From positions 36,151-100,150 of the forward strand of contig JAETSQ010000003.1 of the NCBI GenBank assembly GCA_021769525.1: a stretch of DNA of 64,000 bases. The letters run 5' to 3'. Source of the DNA: Oscillospiraceae bacterium. Its GTDB lineage: Bacteria; Bacillota; Clostridia; Oscillospirales; Ruminococcaceae. Shown one piece after another: positions 17,156 through 26,449 of the stretch; position 1 is the first letter of the stretch; every line of letters begins with the position of its first letter. The notes below the pieces were generated by a model, which saw only the letters and a program-made list of their open reading frames with translations, was not told where the DNA came from and ran no database searches. The position numbers and the translations under genes are program-made.

Positions 17156-18070
17156 GTGGCTTTGAAAGCGGAGGACATCAAGAGAGTAAAGGGAGAGGGG
17201 TTCCTTCTCAACCGGGGGACCGAGTGCTTCAACGGGCGCATCATCACCGAAAACGGCACCCTCACCGCCCGGCAGATGGTGCGGGTGGGCCAGGCCGCCG
17301 AAAAATTCGGCAGTGGCACGGTGGCTTTCACCACCCGCATGACGGTGGAGGTCCCCGGCATCCCCTACGAGAGCATCCCGGATTTCCAGGCATTCCTCCG
17401 GGAGGAGGGGATGGTCACCGGCGGCACCGGGGCCAAGGTGCGTCCCGTCATCGTCTGCAAGGGCAGCACCTGCGTCTTCGGCCTCTACGACACCCAGGGC
17501 CTGGCGAAGGAGCTGCACCACCTGTACTACGAGGGCTACCATGCGGTGCCCCTGCCCCATAAGTTCAAGATCGGCGTGGGGGGCTGCCCCAACAACTGCG
17601 TAAAGCCGGATCTCAACGACATCGGCATCGTGGGTCAGCGGGTCCCGCGGTACGACCCGGAAAAGTGCCGGGCCTGCAAGGTGTGCCAGGTGGAAAAGGC
17701 CTGTCCCATAGGGGCGGCCGTGCTGCCGGAGGGGGAGAAGCTGGTCCTCTCGCCGGAGGCCTGCAACCACTGCGGCCGGTGCGCGGGGAGCTGCCCCTTC
17801 GGGGCCCTGGTGGGGGAGGAGACGATGTACAAAGTCTACCTGGGGGGCCGCTGGGGGAAGAAGGTGCGCATCGGCACCCCCCTGTCCCGGCTCTTCACCA
17901 GGGAGGAGGTCATCGCCCTGGTGGAAAAGGCCATCCTCCTCTTCAAGCGGGAGGGACGGCCTGGGGAGCGCTTTGGGCAGACGGTGGAGCGCCTGGGCCT
18001 TTCCCGGACCGAGGAGCTCCTCGGTTCCAATGAGCTGCTGGAGCAGAAGGCGGCGATCCTGGCGGGATAA
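17156..18070 (+). CDS. Nitrite/sulfite reductase-like (AsrC/DsrA-type) 4Fe-4S protein
   Basis: GTG start. FTTRMTVE, CKGSTC...GCPNNC siroheme/cluster cysteines, and two CxxCxxC..CP ferredoxin motifs. Confidence 0.8.
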   Translation: MALKAEDIKRVKGEGFLLNRGTECFNGRIITENGTLTARQMVRVGQAAEKFGSGTVAFTTRMTVEVPGIPYESIPDFQAFLREEGMVTGGTGAKVRPVIVCKGSTCVFGLYDTQGLAKELHHLYYEGYHAVPLPHKFKIGVGGCPNNCVKPDLNDIGIVGQRVPRYDPEKCRACKVCQVEKACPIGAAVLPEGEKLVLSPEACNHCGRCAGSCPFGALVGEETMYKVYLGGRWGKKVRIGTPLSRLFTREEVIALVEKAILLFKREGRPGERFGQTVERLGLSRTEELLGSNELLEQKAAILAG

Positions 18071-18109
18071 CGGCCTCTGCCCCGATGGAAAAAGCGACTT
18101 GAGAGGACT

Positions 18110-19666
18110 ATGAAAAAGAAAGAAACCATCACAAAAAAGCTGTTCCGGCTGCTGTTCCACCGCATGGTCTTCGTGGGGGCCGCCCTGGTGCTCCAGCTAG
18201 CCGTCCTGCTGGTGATGCTGCTGCGCTTCAACGAGTACTTCGTCTACTTTTATGGCGTGAGCATCGCGGTGAGCATCGCGGCGGTGCTGTATATCATCAG
18301 CAACCGCAGCAACCCGGCCTATAAGATCGCCTGGATCACCCCCATTCTCCTGACCCCGGTCTTCGGGGGGATGCTTTACCTCCTCTTTGGGGGGAACCGG
18401 CTGAGCCGCCGGGAGCGCCGCCGGATGTCCCAGCTGGAAAAGGGCTTTGAGGGGGCGGCGGTCATCGCTCCCTCCTGCCAGGAGGAGCTGCGGTGGATCT
18501 CCCCCGACGCGGCCAACCAGTCGGAGTACATCCGCCAGATCGCCGGGGGCCCGCCCTACCAGAACACCCAGGCGGAGTACCTGCCCCTGGGAGAGATAAA
18601 ATTCCGGCGGATGCTGGAGGAGCTGGAGAAGGCGGAGCACTACATCTTTCTGGAGTACTTCATCATCCAGGAGGGAAAGATGTGGGACCCCATCCTGGAG
18701 ATCCTCACCCGGAAGGCAAAGGCCGGCCTGGATGTGCGGGTGATGTACGATGACATCGGCTGTATGCTCACCCTCCCCGCCCATTACAAGCGGGTGCTGG
18801 AGGAGCGGGGGATCAAGTGCTGCGTCTTCAATCCCTTCGTCCCGGTCCTCAGCAGCCGCTTCAACAACCGGGACCACCGGAAGATCTGCGTCATCGATGG
18901 ATACATCGGCTTCACCGGCGGCATCAACCTGGCGGATGAGTACATCAACGCCTACGAAAAGCACGGCCACTGGAAGGACACCGCGGTCCTTCTGCGGGGG
19001 GATGCGGTGGCGAGCCTGACCCTTATGTTCCTGACCCTTTGGGACTTCACCACCGGCACCCAGGAAAATTACGCCGCCTACCTTCCCAGGGTCCACCATC
19101 CGGAGCCGGTGGAGAGCGACGGCTTTGTGCAGCCCTACACCGACAGCCCCCTGGATGACGAGACGGTGGGGGAGACGGTGTATATGAACCTCATCAACAA
19201 GGCAAAGCGGTATGTCTACATCACCACCCCCTACCTCATCATCAGCAACGAGATGATAACCGCCCTCACCACCGCAGCGAAGTCCGGGCTGGATGTGCGG
19301 ATCATCACCCCCCATATCCCGGATAAGTGGTACGTCCACGCCCTCACCAGGGCCTACTACGAGGTGCTCATCGAGGCCGGGGTGCGGATCTTTGAGTACA
19401 CCCCCGGCTTCATCCACGCCAAGACCTTCACGGTGGACGATGAATACGGGGTGGTGGGCACCATCAACCTGGATTACCGCAGCCTCTACCTCCACTTTGA
19501 ATGCGCCGCCTGGCTGTACCGGTGCGGCTGCATCCGGGAGATGCGGGAGGATTTTCTGGCTACCCAGGAAAAGAGCCGGGAGATCACCCTGGAGCAGTGC
19601 CAGAGGGTACACCCCGTCACCCGGCTGGTGCGCAGCGTGCTGCGCCTCTTTGCCCCCCTTATGTAA
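18110..19666 (+). CDS. cls: Cardiolipin synthase
   Basis: N-terminal TMs (KIAWITPIL) and two HKD motifs (RDHRKICVID, FIHAKTFTVD). Confidence 0.92.
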   Translation: MKKKETITKKLFRLLFHRMVFVGAALVLQLAVLLVMLLRFNEYFVYFYGVSIAVSIAAVLYIISNRSNPAYKIAWITPILLTPVFGGMLYLLFGGNRLSRRERRRMSQLEKGFEGAAVIAPSCQEELRWISPDAANQSEYIRQIAGGPPYQNTQAEYLPLGEIKFRRMLEELEKAEHYIFLEYFIIQEGKMWDPILEILTRKAKAGLDVRVMYDDIGCMLTLPAHYKRVLEERGIKCCVFNPFVPVLSSRFNNRDHRKICVIDGYIGFTGGINLADEYINAYEKHGHWKDTAVLLRGDAVASLTLMFLTLWDFTTGTQENYAAYLPRVHHPEPVESDGFVQPYTDSPLDDETVGETVYMNLINKAKRYVYITTPYLIISNEMITALTTAAKSGLDVRIITPHIPDKWYVHALTRAYYEVLIEAGVRIFEYTPGFIHAKTFTVDDEYGVVGTINLDYRSLYLHFECAAWLYRCGCIREMREDFLATQEKSREITLEQCQRVHPVTRLVRSVLRLFAPLM

Positions 19667-19673
19667 CCGCCGA

Positions 19674-19752
19674 TATGGGCTGCCGCCCATACCCGCCTTC
19701 TTTTTCTTCTTGCGGAAGAAGAAAAAGAAGCAAAAAGAAGAACGGCAAAGCG
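19674..19752 (+). repeat. Bipartite hairpin repeat, copy 2
   Basis: tatgggc-tgcc-gcccata, then cttctttttcttctt-gcgg-aagaagaaaaagaag, then caaaaagaa. Confidence 0.8.
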
Positions 19753-19845
19753 CATTTGATAGGTATGATAAAAGAAAAGGCAGCCAGGGGAAAAATCCCC
19801 GGCTGTCTTTTGCTGTGCTGTGATTAAAAAATGCGTTTTTGTTTT

Positions 19846-20709
19846 TTAGAACACCGGCACCACCGCGACGCCGTATTTCTGGGTGATGAACTTCCGGGCG
19901 TCCTCGCTGGTGAGGGCTTTCACCAGGGCCTGGATGGCAGGATCGTTCTCCTTGCCGGGCTTTACCGCCACGATGTTGGCAAAGGTCTGGGCCGCCTCGG
20001 AGTTGGGGTCCTCGGAGACCAGGATGGTGTCGGACAGCTCCGAGCCCACGGCGTAGTTGCCGTTGATGACGCCGAAATCATAGTCCGGCAGGGCCATGGG
20101 CACCTGGGCGGCCTCCACCTCGGTGATCTTCACGTTTTTGGGGTTCTCGGTGATGTCCTTGACGGTGGCCGCCAGGCCCACGCCGTCCTTCAGGGTGATG
20201 ATCCCCTGGGCCGCCAGCAGGTTCAGGGCGCGGGCCTCATTGGTGGGGTCGTTGGGCACCACGATGGTGGCGCCGTCCGCCAGGGAGGCCAGGTCCTTCG
20301 CCTTGCCGGGATAGATGCCCAAAGGCTCAAAGTGGACCGACACCACCGATACCAAGTCGGTCTTGTTCTTCTCGTTGAAGTCGGTGAGGTAAGGCTGGTG
20401 CTGGAAGTAGTTGGCGTCCATCTCGCCGTTAAAGACGGCGTTGTTGGGCATGATGTAGTCGGTGTACTCGGTCACCTGGAGGTCGTACCCCTCGGCGGCC
20501 ATGGCGTCCTTCACCGCGTTCAGGATCTCGGCGTGGGGGGCGGGGGAAGCGGCTACCTTCAGCACGGTGAGGCCGCCGTCACCGGGGGCGGGCGCAGAGG
20601 GAGAGGCCGAATTTCCGGGGGCGGTGCCGGAAGAGGCAGGGGTGTTCCCGCATCCGGCGGCGCCCAGCACCAGGACCAGGGCAAAAATAAAAGCCAGCAG
20701 TTTTTTCAT
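19846..20709 (-). CDS. metQ: Methionine ABC transporter substrate-binding lipoprotein
   Basis: Lipobox AAGC; ASPAPHAEIL, DANYFQHQPYL, PNDPTNEARAL. Confidence 0.92.
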   Translation of the reverse strand: MKKLLAFIFALVLVLGAAGCGNTPASSGTAPGNSASPSAPAPGDGGLTVLKVAASPAPHAEILNAVKDAMAAEGYDLQVTEYTDYIMPNNAVFNGEMDANYFQHQPYLTDFNEKNKTDLVSVVSVHFEPLGIYPGKAKDLASLADGATIVVPNDPTNEARALNLLAAQGIITLKDGVGLAATVKDITENPKNVKITEVEAAQVPMALPDYDFGVINGNYAVGSELSDTILVSEDPNSEAAQTFANIVAVKPGKENDPAIQALVKALTSEDARKFITQKYGVAVVPVF

Positions 20710-20943
20710 GGCAGTATTCCTCCTAAAGAACATCTTGTAATTTCACTTTCCCGCGGCCCCCAGGGAGGGGGGCAGGCTGTTTTTCCGGGGGTCCCAGGGG
20801 TTCCGCGGTGCCTCTGGGGCCCTCGTCCAAGGCGGTTTCCCGGCGGCCGGAAGGCTGCCAAAGGAGGTGGAGGGAAGCCGCCTTGGATTCTCCCCGCCCC
20901 CGGATGGGGGGGAGGGGCGGGGAGACGAAAAATAAGAAGGAAG

Positions 20944-21609
20944 CTATTTGTTCTTGTCCACCCTGCGGACAATGAGGTTGAAGGCCACATGGATGAGCTG
21001 CACCAGCAGGATGGTGAGGATGATGGTGACGTTCATCACCGGGCGCTCGTACCGGTAGTAGCCGTAGTTGATGGCCACGGCCCCCAGGCCGCCGCCCCCC
21101 ACCATCCCCGCCATGGCGATGTAGCCGATGATGGTGATGGTGGCGATGCTCATCCCCCGCAGCAGGGAAGGGAAGGACTCCGGCAGCAGCACCTTCCGGA
21201 TGATCTGGAAATTGGTGGCCCCCATGGCCTGGGCGCTTTCGATAACGCCCCGGTCCAGTTCGTTAAAGGAGCTTTCCACCATCCGGGCGATGAAGGGGGC
21301 GGAGCCGATGACCAGGGGGAAAATGACCCCCCGCGTCCCGGAGGCGGTGCCCATGATGAAGCGGGTGTAGGGGATGAGGAAGAGGATGAGGATGATGAAG
21401 GGGATGGAGCGGACGATGTTGATGACCCAGCCCACCACCGTGTTCACCACCCGGTTCTCGCTGATGGAGCCGTGATCGGTGACATAGGCCACCACCCCCA
21501 GGGGGATGCCCAGGAGATACCCGAAGCCGGTGGAAAGGACCACCATCACCAGGGTGTCCTTGATAGCCACCAGGATGATAGAGCCGTATTCGGCGAGGAA
21601 TTCCGCCAT
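20944..21609 (-). CDS. metI: Methionine ABC transporter permease
   Basis: NIVRSIPFIIL, APFIARMVE, AGMVGGGGLG. Confidence 0.92.
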   Translation of the reverse strand: MAEFLAEYGSIILVAIKDTLVMVVLSTGFGYLLGIPLGVVAYVTDHGSISENRVVNTVVGWVINIVRSIPFIILILFLIPYTRFIMGTASGTRGVIFPLVIGSAPFIARMVESSFNELDRGVIESAQAMGATNFQIIRKVLLPESFPSLLRGMSIATITIIGYIAMAGMVGGGGLGAVAINYGYYRYERPVMNVTIILTILLVQLIHVAFNLIVRRVDKNK

Positions 21610-21610
21610 C

Positions 21611-22360
21611 TCAGATCTCCCCCTTTCCAAAGAACAGGCTGCGGGTGATGGGGTGCATATCGCTGTCCAGCACCTCGCCGATGGGGCCGTTGTCCACCAG
21701 GGTGCCACCCTCCAGCACCGCCACCTTGTTGCAGATCTTGCGCACCACGGCGATCTCGTGGGTGATGATGAGGATGGTGACCCCCAGCTGGCGGTTGATG
21801 TCCGAAAGGAGACCCAGGATGGAATCGGTGGTGAGGCGGTCCAGGGCGGAGGTGGGCTCGTCGCAGAGGAGGAGCTTGGGGTTCGTAGCCAGGGCTCTGG
21901 CGATAGCCACCCGCTGCTTCTGCCCGCCGGAAAGCTGGCTGGGGTAGACGTCCGCCTTTTCGGTGAGGCCGGTGAGCTCCAGCAGCTCCGCCACCCGCTT
22001 TTTGGCGGCGGCTTTATCGTACCCCTTGGAGAGGGTGAGGGGGAAGATGACGTTCTGGGCCACCGTCTTCTGCATCAGCAGGTTATAGCCCTGGAAGACG
22101 GTCCCCACCGTTTTGTAGTAATCGATCTTCGCCTTGCCGGTGAGGGTGGAAAGGTCCTTTCCCTCCACCGTGATGGTGCCGGAGGTGGGGGTATCCAGCA
22201 GGCCGATGAGCCGCAGCATGGTGGATTTTCCGGCGCCGCTCATGCCGATGATGCCGTAGATGTCCCCGGCCTCCACCGTCAGGGATACGTCCCGGAGGAC
22301 GCCCAGCCGGGTCTTGTCCGGGTTATCAAATTCTTTGGTGAGATGGGCTATCTCGATCAT
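21611..22360 (-). CDS. metN: Methionine ABC transporter ATP-binding protein (short form)
   Basis: [42 protein letters not shown]. 249 aa with no C-terminal NIL domain. Confidence 0.9.
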   Translation of the reverse strand: MIEIAHLTKEFDNPDKTRLGVLRDVSLTVEAGDIYGIIGMSGAGKSTMLRLIGLLDTPTSGTITVEGKDLSTLTGKAKIDYYKTVGTVFQGYNLLMQKTVAQNVIFPLTLSKGYDKAAAKKRVAELLELTGLTEKADVYPSQLSGGQKQRVAIARALATNPKLLLCDEPTSALDRLTTDSILGLLSDINRQLGVTILIITHEIAVVRKICNKVAVLEGGTLVDNGPIGEVLDSDMHPITRSLFFGKGEI

Positions 22361-22399
22361 TCGCCTCTCCGCCTCCCGCGTCGTTGTATCGCCCCGCAA

Positions 22400-22720
22400 C
22401 AAAAAGGCCTTCCGTCCCCCTCCCCCTCTTCTTGGGGAAGGACATAAGGACGAAGGCCGAAACCTGCGTGTTACCACCTTACTTCACGCCCGCCTCGCGG
22501 CAGGGCGCCTCTTCGGGTACAAATGGGATACCCTATCGCTCTAACGGGCGAACCCCGTCGCAGCCTGGGTCAGCCGCATCCGGATGGGGATGCTCTGCCG
22601 CCGTCGGTGCGCGGCTCCGAGGCCATTTTCAGCCGGTCCGGTCTCCGTCCCTTTTCAGCTACCGGGACTCTCTGGGGGAGCCAGGAAGGGCTTACTCTCC
22701 TCTTCACAGCCTTTGTTTGC
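22400..22720 (-). ncRNA. Met-specific T-box riboswitch leader
   Basis: Minus strand: GA/AGUA-type stem I (gaagaggagagta, agagag, gctgaaa); specifier gaaaATGg (22624-22626); T-box aaggtggtaacacg (22467-22480); terminator ggccttcgtcc...ggacggaaggcc-ttttt. Upstream of metNIQ. Confidence 0.9.
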
Positions 22721-22730
22721 TATGGGTGAT

Positions 22731-22759
22731 ATTATAGCGCGGCTTTTGCGGAATGTCAA
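22731..22759 (-). promoter_or_regulatory. Consensus sigma-A promoter of the T-box/metNIQ
   Basis: TTGACA, 17 bp, TATAAT. Confidence 0.9.
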
Positions 22760-22797
22760 CACTTTTTTGGAGAAAAAGAGGGGACTGCACGCATACC

Positions 22798-23715
22798 CTA
22801 CACGCTGTACTCCTCCACTTCCTTCCGGGTGGGGATGGAGGTCTGGGCCCCCTTGCGGGTCACCGAGATGGCGGCGGCCCGGTTGCCGAAGGCGATTGCC
22901 TCCGCCTCGTTCTTTCCCTCCGCCAGGGCGGTGACAAAGGCCCCGTTGAAGGTATCCCCGGCGGCGGTGGTGTCCACCGCACGCACCCGCAGGGTGGGGA
23001 TCACCTGGGCGGTCTCCCCGGTCACCAGCAGGGCGCCGGCCTCCCCCAGGGTGGCCAGGACGGTGCCCACCCCCGCCTCCACCAGCTTCTTTCCGGCGGC
23101 GACGGCCTCCTCCGTGTTCCCCACCGGCAGCCCGGCGATGCGGCCCATCTCCGTCTCGTTGGGGGTGAAGTAGTCCAGGCTGGCGATGACCTCCGGCGGC
23201 AGGGAATCGGGGGCCGGGGCGGGGTTTAAGACCACCAGGCGCCCGTGCTTTTTGGCCAGCCGGATGGCCCGGAACACCCCGTCGTAGGGGATCTCCAGCT
23301 GGAGGACGATGATGTCGTGGGCGGCGATGAGGTCCTCGTTGGCTTCGATATAGGCGGCGTCACAGAGGCCGTTGGCGCCGGGGATCACCACGATGCTGTT
23401 GCTCCCGCTCTCGCTGACGTAGATCACCGCCATGCCGGTGGGGGCGTCCGGCGTCTCCTCCACATGGGAGACATCCACCCCGGCGGCGGCCAGGTTTTCC
23501 TTCAGGGCCCGGCCCATGCTGTCCCGGCCCACCTTCCCCAGCATGGTGACCGCGCCCCCCAGCTTGCCGGCGGCGCAGGCCTGGTTGGCCCCCTTCCCTC
23601 CGGGGATGTAGTCCGGGGATCCCCCCAGGATGGTCTCCCCCTTCTGGGGCAGCTCCTTCACCGGGATCACCATATCCATGTTGAGGCTGCCGATCACCAG
23701 TATCTTTTTGCGCAT
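22798..23715 (-). CDS. rbsK: Ribokinase (PfkB family)
   Basis: VIGSLNMD, PGGKGANQACAA, PNETE, DTTAAGDTFNG. Confidence 0.9.
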   Translation of the reverse strand: MRKKILVIGSLNMDMVIPVKELPQKGETILGGSPDYIPGGKGANQACAAGKLGGAVTMLGKVGRDSMGRALKENLAAAGVDVSHVEETPDAPTGMAVIYVSESGSNSIVVIPGANGLCDAAYIEANEDLIAAHDIIVLQLEIPYDGVFRAIRLAKKHGRLVVLNPAPAPDSLPPEVIASLDYFTPNETEMGRIAGLPVGNTEEAVAAGKKLVEAGVGTVLATLGEAGALLVTGETAQVIPTLRVRAVDTTAAGDTFNGAFVTALAEGKNEAEAIAFGNRAAAISVTRKGAQTSIPTRKEVEEYSV

Positions 23716-23974
23716 CCGTATCCACTCCTATCCTAAGATCATATTGGGAAGCCGCGCCGGCAGCCGGCCCAGCTTTTTACCTATAAAATAATCATACCAC
23801 GTCCGGCGGGCAAATACAATTTCTTTCGGGGGGGAATGGCATCATCTCCGGCAAATTATCGAAAACAAATCGACTTGAAAAAATTTTTTTAGATATATTT
23901 CCGAGAAATGGGTTGTATCCGCAAAAGGAATCTGTTATAATAGACAAAAAGCAAGAGACAGGAGGAAAGACCCT

Positions 23975-24241
23975 ATGGCACTGAGAGTTGAGAGAGCCAC
24001 GGACGTCCAGAAGGAAGCCTTTGCGGGACTGCGGGAGAAACACCGGGAGCCCGGCGAGGTCCTGGACTGGTACTACGATGAAAAGACCACCTGCCTGATC
24101 CTGGAGGGCAAGGCCGTTGTGGACCACTACGGGGAGAAGATCCCGGTGGAGGCCGGCGATCTGGTCACCTTCCCCCAGGGCTTCCACTGCGAATGGGAGG
24201 TGCTGGAACCCCTGCGGGTGGTAGGGAAGGCGGCTGAGTAG
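23975..24241 (+). CDS. Small cupin (DUF861/EutQ-like)
   Basis: WYYDEKTTCLILEG...AGDLVTFPQGFHCEWEV. Confidence 0.8.
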   Translation: MALRVERATDVQKEAFAGLREKHREPGEVLDWYYDEKTTCLILEGKAVVDHYGEKIPVEAGDLVTFPQGFHCEWEVLEPLRVVGKAAE

Positions 24242-24380
24242 CAGGATACATACCCGGCCCCGTGTCCCCGGCCGGAATGGGGGAGGAAAAGCTCCCAAAT
24301 GAACAGTGCGCTGCGAATGTCCGGCTTTGTTTTATGCTATTTATACAAAAAATATAATAAATGATTTATAAAAATGCGCA

Positions 24381-24409
24381 TTGAATCCATAGACGCTGTA
24401 TGGTAAAAT
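24381..24409 (+). promoter_or_regulatory. sigma-A promoter of the choline cluster
   Basis: TTGAAT, 17 bp, TAAAAT; the spacer is itself a short IR (ccata...tatgg). Confidence 0.6.
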
Positions 24410-24483
24410 GTGATAAACTAACATACAGTGGAAAGTGTTTCGGCACTGCCAAGAGACGGTAAGAAGATTGACGCGGAGAATTG

Positions 24484-24529
24484 GAGCGTAAAGATCTCTG
24501 TCTGTTAGAGATTTTTGCGCTCTTTTTTT
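24484..24529 (+). terminator. Intrinsic terminator within the 5' leader (attenuator)
   Basis: 16-bp stem GAGCGTAAAGATCTCT/AGAGATTTTTGCGCTC (2 G-U pairs) followed by T7, lying between the promoter and the GTG at 24610. Confidence 0.75.
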
Positions 24530-24609
24530 GTTTTTCTGCGCGTCCTGCGTCTCCGTCCGGCTGCCTGCCGCAAAAAACGCGTCAGGAAAAATTGGGAAAG
24601 GAGATCGCT

Positions 24610-26400
24610 GTGAAGAAAAGAGATTACATTGTTCTGTCTACGGTGGTGCGGGAACACTGCGCCACCCAGCGGGAGGTGGCTGCCCAGACCGGGTACCCTC
24701 TGGGCCTTGTCAGCGCCTCCCTCAAGTACCTCATGGAGGAGGGCTACCTGGCGGAGGATTACTTCCTCACCCAAAAGACCATCGAGATGTTCCGGCGCAA
24801 CAGCCCCCGCCAGGCGGTGATCCTGGCCGCGGGGCCGGGGCTGCGGATGGTGCCCATCAACAGCACCCCCAAGGCGCTGCTCACCATCGGCGGCGAGTCC
24901 CTCATCGAGCGCCTCATCAACCAGCTCCACCGCACCGGCATCTACAACATCGCCGTAGTGGTGGGCTACCAGAAGGAGAAGTTCCAGTACCTCACCGGCC
25001 TGTACAACGTGGAGCTCATCGAAAATCCCCGCTGGGCCGAGGGGGACAGCCTTCACTCCCTGGCCTGCGCCGCCCATCTCCTAGATAACTGCTACGTCAT
25101 CAACGGGGACGTGTGGTGCGGCGAGAGCCTCTTCAGCCGTTCGGAATACAGCTCCTGGTACGCGGTGCGCAGCTACTTTGACGAAAGCAGCATCCTCCGG
25201 GTCACCAGGGAGATGGAGCTGGTAGGAGCCCGGCAGGGGGGCGGCAACGCCATGTGCGGCATCGCCTACCTGTGCAGCGATGATTCGGTCATCGTGCGGG
25301 AGAACCTGGGCAGGCTCTGCGCCGACCCGGCCTACAAAAAGGCCTGCTGGGAGGCCGCGCTCATCAGCCGGGGCAACCGGCTGGTGGGCTATGCCAACAT
25401 CATCTCCGGGATGCTGGTGATGCCGGTGAATACCTACGAGGACCTTCGCCTGCTGGACAGCGAGTCCAAACACCTGGAAAGCCGCCGGATGGCCCTCATC
25501 AGCCAGCTCTTCGGCGTTTCCGCAGGGGAGGTCACCGACATCCATGCCCTTTCCAGCGGCATGACCAACCACCTGATGCACTTCTCCTGCAAGGGGAAGG
25601 AATACCTGATGCGCTCCCCTGGGGAGGGCACCCAGAAGCTGGTGAGCCGCCAGAAGGAGAGCGCGGTGTACAAGGCCCTGGCCGGCACCGGTATGGATAT
25701 TTCCGATAAAGTGATCTACTTGAACCCGGAGACCGGCTACAAGGTCACCGAGTTCTGGTCCGACGCCCGCCCCTGCGACCCGGAAGACCCGGAGGAGGTG
25801 GCGGCCTGTATGCGCCACCTGCGGCGGTTCCACCAGCAGCGGCTCCAGGTGGACTTCCGCTTTGACCTGCGGGAGCAGCTGGATTACTACGAGGACCTGC
25901 GGCAGGATTCCATGCCCTTTGCCGATTACGAGACCACCCGCCGCCATATCGACGAGCTGCTCCGGCGCATCGAGGCCTGCCCCAGGGAGGAGTGCCTGGC
26001 CCACATCGACTCGGTGTACGATAACTTCCTCATGGTCCGCCGGGAGGACGGCAGCCAGGAGGTGCGCCTCATCGACTGGGAGTACGCCGGGGTCAGCGAC
26101 CCCCACGTGGACATCGCCATGTTCTGCATCTACGCCTACTACGATAAGGACCAGATCGACCGCACCATCGATTTTTACTTTGAGGGGAACTGCCCCGACC
26201 AGGTCCGCCAGAAGATCTACTGCTATGTCGCCGTGGCGGGGCTGCTGTGGACCAACTGGTGCGAGTACAAGGGCCGCATGGGGGTTAAGTACGGCGCCTA
26301 CGAGATGCGCCAGTACCAGTACGCCAAGCAGTTCTACGATTACGTCACCGCCCTGTGGCCGGAGGAGGCCCCGGCTTCCTCCGGGGAGGTGCTGGTTTGA
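24610..26400 (+). CDS. wHTH - LicC-like NTP transferase - LicA-like choline/ethanolamine kinase fusion
   Basis: GTG after SD aaaggag. HTH (TQREVAAQTGYPLGLVSASL), AVILAAGPGLRM..PKAL, kinase motifs HID...NFL and LIDWEYAG. Confidence 0.85.
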   Translation: MKKRDYIVLSTVVREHCATQREVAAQTGYPLGLVSASLKYLMEEGYLAEDYFLTQKTIEMFRRNSPRQAVILAAGPGLRMVPINSTPKALLTIGGESLIERLINQLHRTGIYNIAVVVGYQKEKFQYLTGLYNVELIENPRWAEGDSLHSLACAAHLLDNCYVINGDVWCGESLFSRSEYSSWYAVRSYFDESSILRVTREMELVGARQGGGNAMCGIAYLCSDDSVIVRENLGRLCADPAYKKACWEAALISRGNRLVGYANIISGMLVMPVNTYEDLRLLDSESKHLESRRMALISQLFGVSAGEVTDIHALSSGMTNHLMHFSCKGKEYLMRSPGEGTQKLVSRQKESAVYKALAGTGMDISDKVIYLNPETGYKVTEFWSDARPCDPEDPEEVAACMRHLRRFHQQRLQVDFRFDLREQLDYYEDLRQDSMPFADYETTRRHIDELLRRIEACPREECLAHIDSVYDNFLMVRREDGSQEVRLIDWEYAGVSDPHVDIAMFCIYAYYDKDQIDRTIDFYFEGNCPDQVRQKIYCYVAVAGLLWTNWCEYKGRMGVKYGAYEMRQYQYAKQFYDYVTALWPEEAPASSGEVLV

Positions 26401-26449
26401 GAAGACCCGCCGGCCGGCGGGGAAACGCTGAGAAAGGAAGTGAGAAGGA

